From Jatrophihabitans sp. (lineage in GTDB: Bacteria; Actinomycetota; Actinomycetes; Mycobacteriales; Jatrophihabitantaceae), in assembly GCA_050999655.1 (NCBI GenBank), contig JBPCPA010000282.1, positions 1,942 through 65,941 on the forward strand: a stretch of 64,000 bases of DNA, given 5' to 3'. Positions 19,917-31,200 of the stretch are shown here, one piece after another. The notes under the pieces were generated by a model. That model searched no databases. It was not told where the DNA came from and worked only from the letters and a program-made list of their open reading frames with translations. Every line of letters begins with the position of its first letter. Position 1 is the first letter of the stretch. Made by a program: the position numbers and the translations under genes.

Positions 19917-21728
19917 TTACCCGGCCGCCTCGAGTCGAGCCAGCTCCTCATCGACCACCGACGGGTCGAGCTTGGTGATGATCGGCGTCGGTGCGGCCAG
20001 CGGGCGGCCGACCGCGATCGGCTGCGACTGCCAGCTGGCCTGGGTCTGGTAGTCACCGGTCAGCACCGAGTAGGACGGTGAGCCGGCCGCTGTCGGCTCG
20101 GCCACCTCGACCAGTTCGGGCATCGCCGCCCAGACCCCGGTGCCGCCGAGGGCGGCGTGCACCCGGGACGAGGTCGCCGGCAGGAAGGGCGTGATCAGGG
20201 TCTTGACGTCATCGACCACCTGCAGCGTGGTGTGCAGCACCGAGGCCATCCGGGCCGGGTCGTCGTTCTTCAGCTTCCACGGCGCGGTGTCGGACAGGTA
20301 CTTGTTGGCCTCGCCGACCAGCTTCATCACCTCGCCGAGCGCCGCCTTCTGCCGGTTCTTCTCGATCAGCGCACCGACCGTGTCGAAGGCCGCCACCGAG
20401 CTGGCCAGCAACGTCCGGTCGGCGTCGGTCAGCTCGCCGGCGGCCGGGATCGAACCCAGGTTCTTGGCGGTCATCGAGATCGTCCGGTTCACCAGATTGC
20501 CCCAACCTGCGACCAGCTCGTCGTTGTTGCGCCGGACGAACTCGGCCCAGGTGAAGTCGGTGTCCTGGTTCTCCGGGCCGGCGCTGGTCAGGTAGTAGCG
20601 CAGCGCGTCGGCGTCGTAGCGGAGGAGCATGTCGCCGACGTAGATCACCACGTTGCGCGAGGAGGAGAACTTGCGACCCTCCATGGTCAGAAACTCCGAG
20701 GACACCACGTCGTAAGGACGGTTGAGGGCGCCCAACTCGCCGGGCTTGCCGCCCTTGGTCCCGACGCCGGAGTAGCCGAAGAGCATCGCCGGCCAGATCT
20801 CGGCGTGGAACACGATGTTGTCCTTGCCCATGAAGTAATAGGCCCGGGCATCCGGGTTCTGCCACCAGGCCCGCCACGCCTGCGGGTCACCGGTCCGTGC
20901 GGCCCAATCGATGGACGCAGACAGGTAGCCGATGACCGCGTCGAACCAGACGTAGATCCTCTTGTCGTTGCGGTCGCGCCAGCCGTCCAGCGGCACCGGG
21001 ATGCCCCAGTCCAGATCCCGGGTGATCGCGCGGGGCTTGAGGTCATCGAGCAGGTTCAACGCGAACTTCTGCACGTTGGAGCGCCAGTGGCCCTGCTTGC
21101 GCAGCCACTCGGAGATCACGTCGGAGAAGGCCGGCAGGTCGAGGAAGAACTGCTCGGTGTCGACGAACTTCGGGGTCTCGCCGTTGATCTTCGAGCGCGG
21201 GTTGATCAGGTCGATCGGGTCGAGCTGGTTGCCGCAGTTGTCGCACTGGTCGCCCCGGGCGCTCGGGTAGCCGCAGATCGGGCAGGTGCCTTCTATATAG
21301 CGATCCGGCAGCGTCCGACCGGTGGACGGGCTGATCGCACCGAGTTCGGTGCGCGCGAAGATGTAGCCGTTGTCCAGCAGGCCCAGAAACAGCGCCTGGG
21401 TCACCTGGTAGTGGTTGGTGGTGGTGGTCCGGGTGAACAGGTCGTAGGACAGGCCCAGCTGCTGCAGGTCCTTGGCGATCACCAGGCTGTTGCGGTCGGC
21501 CAGCTCGCGCGGCGACACTCCCTCGCGCTCGGCCTGCACCTGGATCGGGGTGCCGTGCTCGTCGGTTCCCGACACCATCAGCACCTTGTTGCCGGCCAGC
21601 CGGTGGTAGCGGCTGAACACGTCGGACGGGACGCCGAAACCGGCGACGTGACCGATGTGCCGGGGGCCGTTGGCATAGGGCCACGCCACCGCCGTCAGCA
21701 CGTTCGTGGCCGAACCCTGTGCAGTCAC
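19917..21728 (-). CDS. metG: methionine--tRNA ligase
   Basis: [13 protein letters not shown], Zn knuckle (CPIC...CDNC), YVWFDA and KFSSS motifs. Confidence 0.97.
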   Translation of the reverse strand: MTAQGSATNVLTAVAWPYANGPRHIGHVAGFGVPSDVFSRYHRLAGNKVLMVSGTDEHGTPIQVQAEREGVSPRELADRNSLVIAKDLQQLGLSYDLFTRTTTTNHYQVTQALFLGLLDNGYIFARTELGAISPSTGRTLPDRYIEGTCPICGYPSARGDQCDNCGNQLDPIDLINPRSKINGETPKFVDTEQFFLDLPAFSDVISEWLRKQGHWRSNVQKFALNLLDDLKPRAITRDLDWGIPVPLDGWRDRNDKRIYVWFDAVIGYLSASIDWAARTGDPQAWRAWWQNPDARAYYFMGKDNIVFHAEIWPAMLFGYSGVGTKGGKPGELGALNRPYDVVSSEFLTMEGRKFSSSRNVVIYVGDMLLRYDADALRYYLTSAGPENQDTDFTWAEFVRRNNDELVAGWGNLVNRTISMTAKNLGSIPAAGELTDADRTLLASSVAAFDTVGALIEKNRQKAALGEVMKLVGEANKYLSDTAPWKLKNDDPARMASVLHTTLQVVDDVKTLITPFLPATSSRVHAALGGTGVWAAMPELVEVAEPTAAGSPSYSVLTGDYQTQASWQSQPIAVGRPLAAPTPIITKLDPSVVDEELARLEAAG

Positions 21729-21811
21729 CTTGCTCGCTCCTCGCTGGTGCCGTGCGGCGATGCCCGCTCGAATCGGTCAATCCGGGCGGGCATCGCCGGC
21801 CTGCCCCAAGC

Positions 21812-22723
21812 CTAGTGAGGCCGGCCACCGGGTTGCTCGGCGGAGTTGGCCGCACGCTTGGCCGCCACCACCGCGTCGAACACCAGCCGCTTGGCCAGCC
21901 CCGCCTGAGCCGCGACCTCGACGATGGCCTGCTTGCGATCCTGGCCGGCCGCCTCACGATCGGCCACCAGCCCGGCCAGCTCGGCCGGCTCGGGCTGGCC
22001 GGCCGGTTCGCTGGCACCGGCCACCACCAGGGTGATCTCGCCCCGGACCTCACCGGTCGCGGCCCAGGCCGCGAGTTCGGCCAGTGGGGCACGCTTGACC
22101 TGCTCGTAGGTCTTGGTCAGCTCCCGGCACACCGCCGCGGGCCGGTCACCGCCGAATCCGGCCGCCAGATCGGCCAGCGCCTCGGCCAGCCGGTGCGGGG
22201 ACTCGAAGAACACCATGGTGCGTCGCTCGGAGCCCAGCTCGGCCAGCAACCGGCGCAGGCCACCTCCCTTGCGCGGCAGGAAGCCCTCGAAACAGAACCG
22301 GTCGACCGGCAGTCCGGAGACCGCCAGCGCGGTGGTCACCGCCGACGGGCCGGGCAGCGAGGTGACCGCCAGGCCGGCGGCCACGGCAGCGACCACCAGC
22401 CGGTAACCGGGGTCCGAGACCGAGGGCATGCCGGCATCGGTGATCACCAGCACGTCCTGGCCGGCCCGCAGCTGCTCGATCAGCTGCGGCAGCCGTCCCT
22501 GCTCGTTGCCCTCGAAGAACGACAGCACCCGGCCGCTGATCTCGACGCCGAGGTCGCCGGCCAACCGGTACAGCCGGCGGGTGTCCTCGGCCGCGATCAG
22601 CGGGCTGGTCGCCAGCGCCAGCGCCAGGCCGGCCGAGGCGTCGCTGGGGCGTCCGAGCGGCGCGCCGGCGAGGATCACCCGGCCGGCTGGCGGCCCGTCC
22701 GCGGTCTCACCGCCCGATGTCAT
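21812..22723 (-). CDS. rsmI: 16S rRNA C1402 2'-O-methyltransferase
   Basis: PLGRPSDAS, AAEDTR, TDAGMPSVSDPG, FEGFLPRK and RELTKTYE motifs. ATG at 22723. Confidence 0.94.
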   Translation of the reverse strand: MTSGGETADGPPAGRVILAGAPLGRPSDASAGLALALATSPLIAAEDTRRLYRLAGDLGVEISGRVLSFFEGNEQGRLPQLIEQLRAGQDVLVITDAGMPSVSDPGYRLVVAAVAAGLAVTSLPGPSAVTTALAVSGLPVDRFCFEGFLPRKGGGLRRLLAELGSERRTMVFFESPHRLAEALADLAAGFGGDRPAAVCRELTKTYEQVKRAPLAELAAWAATGEVRGEITLVVAGASEPAGQPEPAELAGLVADREAAGQDRKQAIVEVAAQAGLAKRLVFDAVVAAKRAANSAEQPGGRPH

Positions 22724-22748
22724 AACTGCAGACCCTACGATCAGCCGT

Positions 22749-24452
22749 GTGACGACCGCGACCATGCTCCGCGCCCTGCCGGAGTCCGCTGCCGGTGGCA
22801 GCCGCCGCGAGGTCCCCGCGGCGCTGCGGCCCTGGCGGCCGGACTCGGCATTGCAGAGCTGGGCCTGGACGTTGCTGGTCACCGCGATTGCCGCCGGCAC
22901 CCGGTTCTGGGCGCTGGGCTTTCCGGCGTCCAAGAGCTTCGACGAGGTGTACTACGCCACCGAGGCGCAGGAGATGCTGCGTTACGGCTATGAGGACAAC
23001 CGCGACTACATGTTCATCGTGCACCCGCCGCTGGGCAAGTGGCTGATCGCGCTGACCTCGGCGATCTGGGGCGACAACTCGCTGGGCTGGCGGATCGCGC
23101 CGGCGATTGCGGGCACCGTGAGCGTGCTGATCATGGTCCGGTTGGCGCAGCGGATGTTTCGCTCCACCGTCCTGGGAGTGCTGGCCGGCCTGCTACTCGC
23201 CCTGGACGGCATCTCGCTGGTGATGTCGCGGGTGGCGCTGCTCGACATCTTCCTGCAGCTCTTCGTGCTGGCCGGTTTCGCGGCGCTGGTGGTCGATCGC
23301 GACCAGCTGCGCACCAGGTTGGGCCAGCTCTACGCAGCCGGGGTGGACCTGACCCACGAGGTACCCCGGCTGGGCCCGCGGCCATGGCGACTGCTCGGCG
23401 GCGCGCTGTTCGGACTCGCCCTGGCGGTCAAGTGGAGCGGGCTGTCGTTCTGGCTGGCCTTCGCGCTGCTGTCGATCCTGTGGGATCGTGGCGCGTTCAA
23501 GAGCGCGGGGGTGGAACAGCCCTGGCTGGCGGCCTTCAAGCGATCGATCCCGGCCGGCGTGCTCTCGCTGCTGGCCGCCCCGGTGGCGGTGTACTTCCTG
23601 AGCTGGACGGGCTGGTTCGTCGGCGAGAACTCCTGGAACCGGCACTGGGGTGACAGCCATCCCGGCACCGGGCTGTTCGCGTTACTGCCGTCGGGATTCC
23701 GCAGCCTGCTGGACTATCACCACCAGGCCTACGAGTTCCACAGCCACCTCTACGACCCGCACCCGTACAAGGCCAATCCCTGGTCCTGGCTGGTGCTCGG
23801 CCGGCCGATCTCGTTCTACGCGCCGTCCGGGGTGACCGGCTGCGGCGCCAGCAACTGCACCCGCGAGATCCTGCTGATCGGCACCCCGATCATGTACTGG
23901 GCCTTCCTGCCCGCGCTGGCCTGGCTGCTCTGGCACTGGGTCACCACCCGGGACTGGCGGGCCGGCGCGGTGTGGCTGGCGTTTCTGGCCGGCTGGGGCG
24001 TCTGGTTGCAGAACACCCGCCGCACCGGGTTCCTGTTCTACATGACGCCGCTGATGCCGTTTCTGGTGCTGGGCCTGACCCTGGCGGTGGGCGCGATGCT
24101 GAGCCGGACGGCCGGTGAGCGGGCCCGCGCCGCCAGCCGGCCGCCCGTCCCGCTGCCGGTGCCGGTGCGATCCGGAGCCGCCGAATCGCACGAGCCTCGG
24201 TCTGACCGCCTTGCGGCAGGCAGCGGTGAGGCGGCCGGCGATGAGCTCGACGCGCCGGTGCGGACGGTCGGGCTGCGCGAGTGGATCCAGATCCAGGGCA
24301 TCTCACTCGACCGGCTGCTGCGCTCCGCGGTGGTGGTGATCTGGCTCGGCGCGGTGGTTGCCGACTTCGTGTGGATGTGGCCGATCTTCACCGGCGGGAT
24401 GCTCACCAACCACGAGTGGCAGCTGCGCATGTGGTTCCCCGGCTGGATCTGA
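22749..24452 (+). CDS. pmt: dolichyl/polyprenyl-phosphate-mannose protein O-mannosyltransferase
   Basis: FDEVYY, VHPPLGKW, SRVALLDIF and HPYKANPWSW motifs, many TM helices. Divergent from rsmI, as in other actinomycetes. Confidence 0.9.
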   Translation: MTTATMLRALPESAAGGSRREVPAALRPWRPDSALQSWAWTLLVTAIAAGTRFWALGFPASKSFDEVYYATEAQEMLRYGYEDNRDYMFIVHPPLGKWLIALTSAIWGDNSLGWRIAPAIAGTVSVLIMVRLAQRMFRSTVLGVLAGLLLALDGISLVMSRVALLDIFLQLFVLAGFAALVVDRDQLRTRLGQLYAAGVDLTHEVPRLGPRPWRLLGGALFGLALAVKWSGLSFWLAFALLSILWDRGAFKSAGVEQPWLAAFKRSIPAGVLSLLAAPVAVYFLSWTGWFVGENSWNRHWGDSHPGTGLFALLPSGFRSLLDYHHQAYEFHSHLYDPHPYKANPWSWLVLGRPISFYAPSGVTGCGASNCTREILLIGTPIMYWAFLPALAWLLWHWVTTRDWRAGAVWLAFLAGWGVWLQNTRRTGFLFYMTPLMPFLVLGLTLAVGAMLSRTAGERARAASRPPVPLPVPVRSGAAESHEPRSDRLAAGSGEAAGDELDAPVRTVGLREWIQIQGISLDRLLRSAVVVIWLGAVVADFVWMWPIFTGGMLTNHEWQLRMWFPGWI

Positions 24453-24607
24453 CGAGACGTCTGATTGACCGCCGGCTGTTGCCGGCCAGGACCGTTGGCT
24501 GTGCCGGTAACCGCCGGCAGCCGCCACGGGAACTCAGCGCGTGCCATCATTCGTTGTCGGGATAGTCAGATCACCGGAGCGCCGGTGGCGATGAGAGGCG
24601 AGTTGCG

Positions 24608-25096
24608 ATGGCGATATCGGCGAACATTCCCCGGCCCGGGTTGGACCTGGAATACCCCCTGTCACTCGGGGTGTACGACGGTTACCCGCAAGCCCAGAAG
24701 GTGGTGGACTTCCTCTCGGACAACGAGTTCGAGGTGCAGCAGGTCGCGATCGTCGGTACCGAGCTCAAGACCGTCGAGCGGGTGACCGGTCGACTCACCC
24801 GCGGCAAGGTTGCGGCGGCCGGCGCGGTGTCCGGACTGTGGATGGGACTGTTCGTCGGTATCGCGTTTTCCATTTTCGGCAAAGGTAATCAGCTCGGATT
24901 TCTGATCAGCACGCCGATCTTCGGAGCGATCTTCGGGCTGATCTGGAGCCAGATCGGCTTCACCGCGGTGACCCGCGGTGGCACCCGGGACTTCTCCTCG
25001 GTCAGCCAGGTGGTGGCGACCAAGTACGAGGTGCTGGTGGAACACCGCTTCTTCGAGCAGGCCACCACCCTGCTGGCCCGGATGCCCGCCGGCTGA
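24608..25096 (+). CDS. general stress protein-like membrane protein
   Basis: YPQAQKVVDFLSDNEFEVQQVAIVG..LK.VERVTGRLT and RDFSSVSQVVA.KYEV, with two Gly-rich TM helices. Confidence 0.8.
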   Translation: MAISANIPRPGLDLEYPLSLGVYDGYPQAQKVVDFLSDNEFEVQQVAIVGTELKTVERVTGRLTRGKVAAAGAVSGLWMGLFVGIAFSIFGKGNQLGFLISTPIFGAIFGLIWSQIGFTAVTRGGTRDFSSVSQVVATKYEVLVEHRFFEQATTLLARMPAG

Positions 25097-25123
25097 TCTG
25101 ACCGACCCCAGCCGGGACGACCC

Positions 25124-26323
25124 TCAGCACGGCTCGATCACCCGGAAAACGATCCCGGCCGCGCTGAGTCGATCCACCAGCGACTGGCCCATCGCCACTG
25201 CCGGGGTGAGCTGGCCAGAGTGCGGCGGCAACTCGTCGAAGGCCACGCACAGCGCCGCCTCGCCGAGCATCTTGGCAGTCTCGCCATAGCCGGGATCGCC
25301 GCCGGACACCTCGGTGACGACACGCCGGCCACCGCCGGTTGCGGTGAACCGGACGCTGAACCAGCCCTCGGCCCGACGTTGCTCGGACGGGCCGTCGCCG
25401 GGCTGGATCCGGCCGAGCAGCAGCTTGCGGGTCGGTGGCAGCTGAGCCAGCGCGGCCAGCCCGGCCAACCCCAGCGTGGCGCCCACCGCGACCGGCAACC
25501 TCCGGACGCCGGCGTAGTGGTGGTAGTTAAAGTCCGGACCGTAGCGGGCCAGCGCCCGGCCGGAGCGCGCCACCACCTGGCCGTCGATGGTCGGCAACGG
25601 CAGCAGCCACAGCCCCGCCGACCGGCGCGGTGGGGTGTTCGTCGCCCGCGAGCGGCGGCCCTCGGCCGGTAACCGGTCTTCGGACTCGTGCCGGGCCCGG
25701 GCGGCGGCCGCGGAGCTGCGCACCCGGGAGAACGCGGTGACCGCCGAGTGCACGGTGCCGCCTGACAGGCTGCCACCGGCCCGAACCACCCCGTCGACGG
25801 TGATCGCCACATCATCGGGCAGCAGGCCCACCGCGACGTAGACGCCGAGGTCGTGGGGTATCGAGTCGAACCCGCAGCAGTGGATCAGCCGGGCGCCGGT
25901 GCGGCTGGCCTGCTCGTGGTAGCGGGTGTACATCAGGTCGACGAATTCCGGCTCGCCGGTCAGATCCAGGTAGTCGGTGCCGCTGGCCGCGCAGGCCGCA
26001 ACCAGCGGCTCGCCGTGCACGATATAGGGCCCGACCGTGCTGAGCACCACCCGGGCGCTGGCCGCGACGGTCCGTAGCGAGTCGGCATCGGAGGCGTCGG
26101 CGATCAGCAATGCCAGCTCAGACCATCGCCCGTCGATGGCGGCCAGTTCGGACCGGACGGCTTCGAGCTTGGCCCGATTGCGTCCGGCCAGCGCCCAGCG
26201 GCAGCCGTCCGGGGCGTTGCGCGCCAGGTACTGAGCGGTCAACCGGCCGGTGAAGCCGGTCGCGCCGAACAGCACCAGGTCGAAATCCCGGCCGGCCGTG
26301 GCCGCTCGCTCATGCTCGCTCAC
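25124..26323 (-). CDS. saccharopine dehydrogenase-like / trans-acting enoyl reductase family oxidoreductase
   Basis: FGATGFTG Rossmann motif, STVGPY, YLDLTGE, CGFDSIPHDLG and DPGYGETAKM. Confidence 0.9.
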   Translation of the reverse strand: MSEHERAATAGRDFDLVLFGATGFTGRLTAQYLARNAPDGCRWALAGRNRAKLEAVRSELAAIDGRWSELALLIADASDADSLRTVAASARVVLSTVGPYIVHGEPLVAACAASGTDYLDLTGEPEFVDLMYTRYHEQASRTGARLIHCCGFDSIPHDLGVYVAVGLLPDDVAITVDGVVRAGGSLSGGTVHSAVTAFSRVRSSAAAARARHESEDRLPAEGRRSRATNTPPRRSAGLWLLPLPTIDGQVVARSGRALARYGPDFNYHHYAGVRRLPVAVGATLGLAGLAALAQLPPTRKLLLGRIQPGDGPSEQRRAEGWFSVRFTATGGGRRVVTEVSGGDPGYGETAKMLGEAALCVAFDELPPHSGQLTPAVAMGQSLVDRLSAAGIVFRVIEPC

Positions 26324-26378
26324 CGAGTTCTCCCCTTCGAGCCGGCGGCGCTGCCCAGCGGGCAGGCACTGCCCAGCG

Positions 26379-28052
26379 CTAGTTGATGCAGCCGGCGGTG
26401 GCCGCGTTGATGGTCTGGGTGCTCGGCAGCGGGCTGGCGGCGGTGGAACTCGCCGCGCTGGACGGGTGCGCTGCCATCAGTGACTTCACCTGAACCCCGT
26501 TGTTGCCCAGCACCAGGGTCAGCACCTTGACGTCGCTGGTCTGGCTCATCACCGCGCCGGGCACCGCCGCCTGCAGCGCCTTGGCCGCGCTCTCGTCGCC
26601 CTTGGGGTACTTGATGGTGGTCTTGGCGACGACGGCGCTGGTGGCCGCCGGGATCGTGGTGCTGAACCCGAGCTTGTTCAGCGCGGCCGCGTTGGTCTTC
26701 TCCAACCCGTTGGAGTTGGTGTCGTTCACCACCGACACGGTGACCGTCTTGGGGTCGGCCGCCTTGGCCTTCTTGAGCGCGTCCGCCGAGGGGTTGCCGA
26801 TCAGGCTGTTGATGAAGTCGGGCATCGCCGCGGTGTTCACCAGCAGCACGTCCCCGACCGGCGAGTTCGGGTCGTCACCGGACAGCGGGATGGTGGTGAA
26901 GGTGACGTTGCCGGCGCTCAGGTTCTGCATCTGCTGGGCCAGCTTGGTCGGGTCCAGGGTCTGATCCATCGTCAGCGAGGACGTGACGGCCTTGAGCAGG
27001 TTCTGCAGCTTGAACGGGTTCAGCAGGGTGCCGCCCGAGGTGAGCTTGCGGAACACCGCCGACAAGAAGTACTGCTGGCGCTTGATCCGGTCCAGGTCGC
27101 CGGCGGGCAGGCCGTGCCGCTGGCGCACGAACGCCAGGGCCTGGGTGCCCTTGATGACGTTGTTGCCCTTCTTGAGGTTGATGCCGGAGTAGCTGTAGAC
27201 GAACTTGCCGTTCTCATAACCGGAATCGAAACCGTTGCCGACCTGACCCACGGTCTTGGCCGGGCCCATCGCCTGGTTCAGGCAGACGTTGACACCGCCG
27301 ATCGCGTTGGAGATTCGGTAGAAACCGAGCAGGTCCACCTGGACGAAGTGGTCGATGCTGAGCCCGGTCAGGTTCTCGATGGTGTCGACCAGCAGGGACG
27401 CGCCGGCCGCCTTGCTGCCATTGTTCTTGTTCAGCCCCGCGGTGTAGGCGGAATTGAGTTTCGCCTTTCCGACACCGGGAATATCGACATAGGAATCGCG
27501 CGGAAAGGAGATCACGGTGGCTTTGCGGCCATCGGCGGGCACGTGCAACAGCATCATGGTGTCGGTGTTGTAGGAACCACCGTCGCGGGTGGTACCCAGC
27601 TGGCGGAGCTCGGCGTCGGTGGCGGTGTCGCGGTCGTCGTTGCCGACGATCAGGATGTTCTGGTCGCTGCCGTCGATGTTCTTGGCCGCCGCGGTCGAGT
27701 GGGTCGAGATTTGAACCCGCTTGATGTTGGCGTTGAAGCTGCGGTAGGTCGCCCAGGCCCAGCCGCTGCCCACCAGCACCACCAACGACAGCGCGGCGGC
27801 CACGATCCGCAGCCCGAGCGCGGCGCCGTGCAGCACCGACGATCCACCGGCCGAGCGCCGACCGGGAGCGCGCCGCGCCTGGGCCCGCCCGCCGCGCGGG
27901 TCCAGCTGGGGCGGCAGGACGCTGTGATCCTCAGGTGCCGGGGGCTGCGGGTTGCGTGGACTTCGACGCGGCTGGCCACGGCGCGGGTCCAGGTGCGGTG
28001 GCAGGTCACCCGATCCCGAACCGGCAGGACCTCTGGAGTCAGAATTCACCAC
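26379..28052 (-). CDS. LytR-CpsA-Psr (LCP) family cell-wall glycopolymer ligase with C-terminal LytR_C domain
   Basis: NILIVGND, NTDTMMLLH, SFPRDSYV, ALAFVRQRH and DLDRIKRQQ motifs, single TM. Confidence 0.93.
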   Translation of the reverse strand: MVNSDSRGPAGSGSGDLPPHLDPRRGQPRRSPRNPQPPAPEDHSVLPPQLDPRGGRAQARRAPGRRSAGGSSVLHGAALGLRIVAAALSLVVLVGSGWAWATYRSFNANIKRVQISTHSTAAAKNIDGSDQNILIVGNDDRDTATDAELRQLGTTRDGGSYNTDTMMLLHVPADGRKATVISFPRDSYVDIPGVGKAKLNSAYTAGLNKNNGSKAAGASLLVDTIENLTGLSIDHFVQVDLLGFYRISNAIGGVNVCLNQAMGPAKTVGQVGNGFDSGYENGKFVYSYSGINLKKGNNVIKGTQALAFVRQRHGLPAGDLDRIKRQQYFLSAVFRKLTSGGTLLNPFKLQNLLKAVTSSLTMDQTLDPTKLAQQMQNLSAGNVTFTTIPLSGDDPNSPVGDVLLVNTAAMPDFINSLIGNPSADALKKAKAADPKTVTVSVVNDTNSNGLEKTNAAALNKLGFSTTIPAATSAVVAKTTIKYPKGDESAAKALQAAVPGAVMSQTSDVKVLTLVLGNNGVQVKSLMAAHPSSAASSTAASPLPSTQTINAATAGCIN

Positions 28053-28279
28053 TGGATTCTACCGAGAACCGGCGGCCGGTCCCGCGACCACGCTCAGCGG
28101 CGCCTCACCGATCGACCGAATCCGGTAGGTGGGCCGTCGAACCAGCCAGGCCCGGGGCCCTCGATCCGGCTGCGCCGTATGATCGGCCACGTCCTCGGAC
28201 GGTCGGTCCGGGCCGGACGCGCCGCAGCCCGGCCGATCACCGACGACCGCACCGCGCCAGCGACGAAACGGACCCCGAG

Positions 28280-31200
28280 TTGCCAGCCAAGACCGGTGTT
28301 GCGCAGCTGATTCGTTCCGCGGCCGCACCACCGGCCCGCACCCTCATCGACATCATCGCGGCCACCGCGGCCGCCCATCCGCAGGCGCCGGCACTCGATG
28401 ACGGGCACACCAGCCTGACCTACTCCCAGCTGCTGCGAGCTGCCCGATCCCGGGCCGGCGAGCTGGTCGCCGCCGGCGTGCGTCGGGGCGATCGGGTCGG
28501 CCTCCGGCTGGCCTCCGGCAGTTGCGAGCTCTACCTCAGCCTGCTGGCCATCCTGGCCACCGGCGCCAGTTACGTCCCGGTCGATGCCGATGACCCGGAC
28601 GAGCGGGCCCGGCTGGTCTTCGGCGAGGCGGGCGTGCGGACCGTGCTCGACGCGGCCACGGTCTGGCAGGGCGGCGTGGCCGCCGGGGCGCCGGTCGATC
28701 CAGAGATCACCGACGATGCCTGGATCATCTTCACCTCCGGTTCGACCGGAGTCCCGAAGGGGGTTGCCGTCAGCCATCGCAGCGCCGCCGCCTTCGTCGA
28801 CGCCGAGGCGCGAATGTTCTTGCAATCACGGCCGATCGGGCCGGGCGATCGGGTGCTGGCCGGGCTCTCGGTCGCTTTCGACGCCTCCTGCGAAGAGATC
28901 TGGCTGGCCTGGCGGCATGGTGGCTGCCTGGTGCCGGCGCCCCGGTCGCTGGTCCGTGGCGGGGTCGATCTCGGCGCCTGGCTGGTCAGCCGCCGGATCA
29001 CGGTGGTGTCAACGGTGCCGACGCTGGCCGCGCTCTGGCCGATCGACTCGCTGGATGGGGTACGGCTGCTGATCTTCGGCGGCGAGTCCTGCCCGCCCGA
29101 GCTGGCCGAGCGGCTGGTCGGTCCGGAGCGGGAGGTGTGGAACACCTACGGTCCGACCGAGGCAACCGTGGTGGCCTGCGCGGCCGAACTCATCGAGGAC
29201 GGCCCGGTCCGGATCGGCCTGCCGCTGGACGGCTGGGACCTGGCGGTCCTGGACCAGCAGCAGCAGCCGGTGGCCGCCGGCCAGGTGGGCGAGCTGATCA
29301 TCGGTGGGGTGGGCCTGGCCCGCTACCTGGACCCGGTGCGCGACGGCGAGAAGTTCGCCGCCATGCCGAGCCTCGGCTGGGATCGTGCCTACCGCAGCGG
29401 CGACCTGGTCCGCTACGAGCCGGACGGCCTGCTGTTCGTGGGCCGAGCCGATGATCAGGTCAAGATCGGCGGCCGGCGGATCGAACTCGGCGAGGTGGAC
29501 GCCGCGATGCAACGGTTGCCGATGGTGGCCGGCGCCGCCGCGGCGGTCCGCAGCACCGGCAGTGGCAACCAGATCCTGGTCGGCTACCTGGTTCTCGCGC
29601 CGGGTGCCCGCTTCGACCGGAGCGCCGCCCTGGACCAGCTCCGCCAGCAGCTGCCAGCGCCGCTGGTGCCGACGCTGGCGGTGCTGGACAGCCTGCCCAG
29701 CCGGGTGTCGGGCAAGATCGATCGGGACGCGCTGCCCTGGCCGCTGCCCGGCGTGCAGGTAAGCGCGACCGCGGCCGGCCTGACCGGCACCGAAGGCTGG
29801 CTTGCCGTCCAATGGGCCTCGGTGCTCGGAGCGAGCGTCGGCGGCCCGGACGATGACTTCTTCGCCCACGGTGGCGGCAGCCTGACCGCTGCCCGGCTGG
29901 TCTCGGCGATGCGCGAACGGTCGCCCTCGATCACCGTCGCCGATGTCTATGCGCACCCGAGGCTGGCCGACCTGGCGGGGCTGCTGGACGCCGCCGAGCC
30001 CGCCGCCACGGTGGTGACCCGGACGGTGCGGCCGGTGTCGCGGACGGCCCAGTCCGTCCAGGTCGCGGTCACCGCTGTGGTGAGCACACTGGCCGGCCTG
30101 CGCTGGCTGACCGTACTGGCCACCGCCGACAACGTGCTGGCGCACTCCTATCCGTTCAGCTGGGCACCCACCGCGTCCTGGTGGTGGGTGGGGCTGGGCT
30201 GGCTGCTACTGCTCAGCCCGCTGGGTCGGATGGGCATCGCGGCGACCGGGGCCAGGCTGCTGCTGTTGCGGGTCCGTCCGGGTGACTACCCGCGCGGAGG
30301 CAGCGTGCACCTGCGACTGTGGAGCGCCGAGCGGCTGGCCGACGCCGTGGACGCCGCCAACCTCGCCGGTGCGCCGTGGATTGCCTACTACGCAAGGGCA
30401 TTGGGTGCCACCGTGGGTCGCGGCGTCACGCTGCACACGGTGCCGCCGATCACCGGGATGCTGGTGCTGGGCCGGGACAGCTCGGTGGAGCCCGAGGTGG
30501 ACCTGGCCGGCTACTGGCTCGACGGCGACGTCCTGCACCTGGGCCGGATCACCATCGGAGCGGGTGCCACCGTCCGGTCACGCAGCACGCTGGGCCCCGG
30601 CGCTGAGATCGGTCGCAACGCCGAGATCAGCCATGGTTCCTGGGTCACCGGGCCCGTCCCGGACGGCGAGACCTGGGCCGGGTCACCGGCGGTGCGGCTC
30701 GGCCGGGCCGAGCACCGGTGGCCGGCCGCGCCGCCGCGCAAGCCCTGGTGGCTGGCCGGCTACGGGTTCACCTCGGTGGGGTTGTGGCTGCTGCCCGCGG
30801 TGGCCGCGCTGCCGGCCATGTGGTGGGCGCGACGCTGCCTCGGCGATGCGCACGCGCTGAGCACCGCCGCCGGCCGGTTGCTGCTCGCGGTGCCGGTCGC
30901 CGCGATCGGGTGGCTGGCAAGTTATGCGCTGCTCACCGTCCTGGTGGTGCGGCTGCTCGGCATCGGCCTGCGCGCCGGCCACCATCCGGTGCGCAGCCGG
31001 CTCGGCTGGCAGGTCTGGGCCACCGAGCGGATCCTGGACTCTGCCCGCTCGCTGCTGTTCCCGTTGTATTCGAGTCTGGTCACGCCGCTCTGGTTGCGGC
31101 TGCTCGGAGCCGACATCGGCCGGGGCGTGGAGGCCTCCACCGTCCTGCTGCTGCCGAAGATGACCACTGTCGGCGACGGCGCGTTCCTTGCCGACGACAC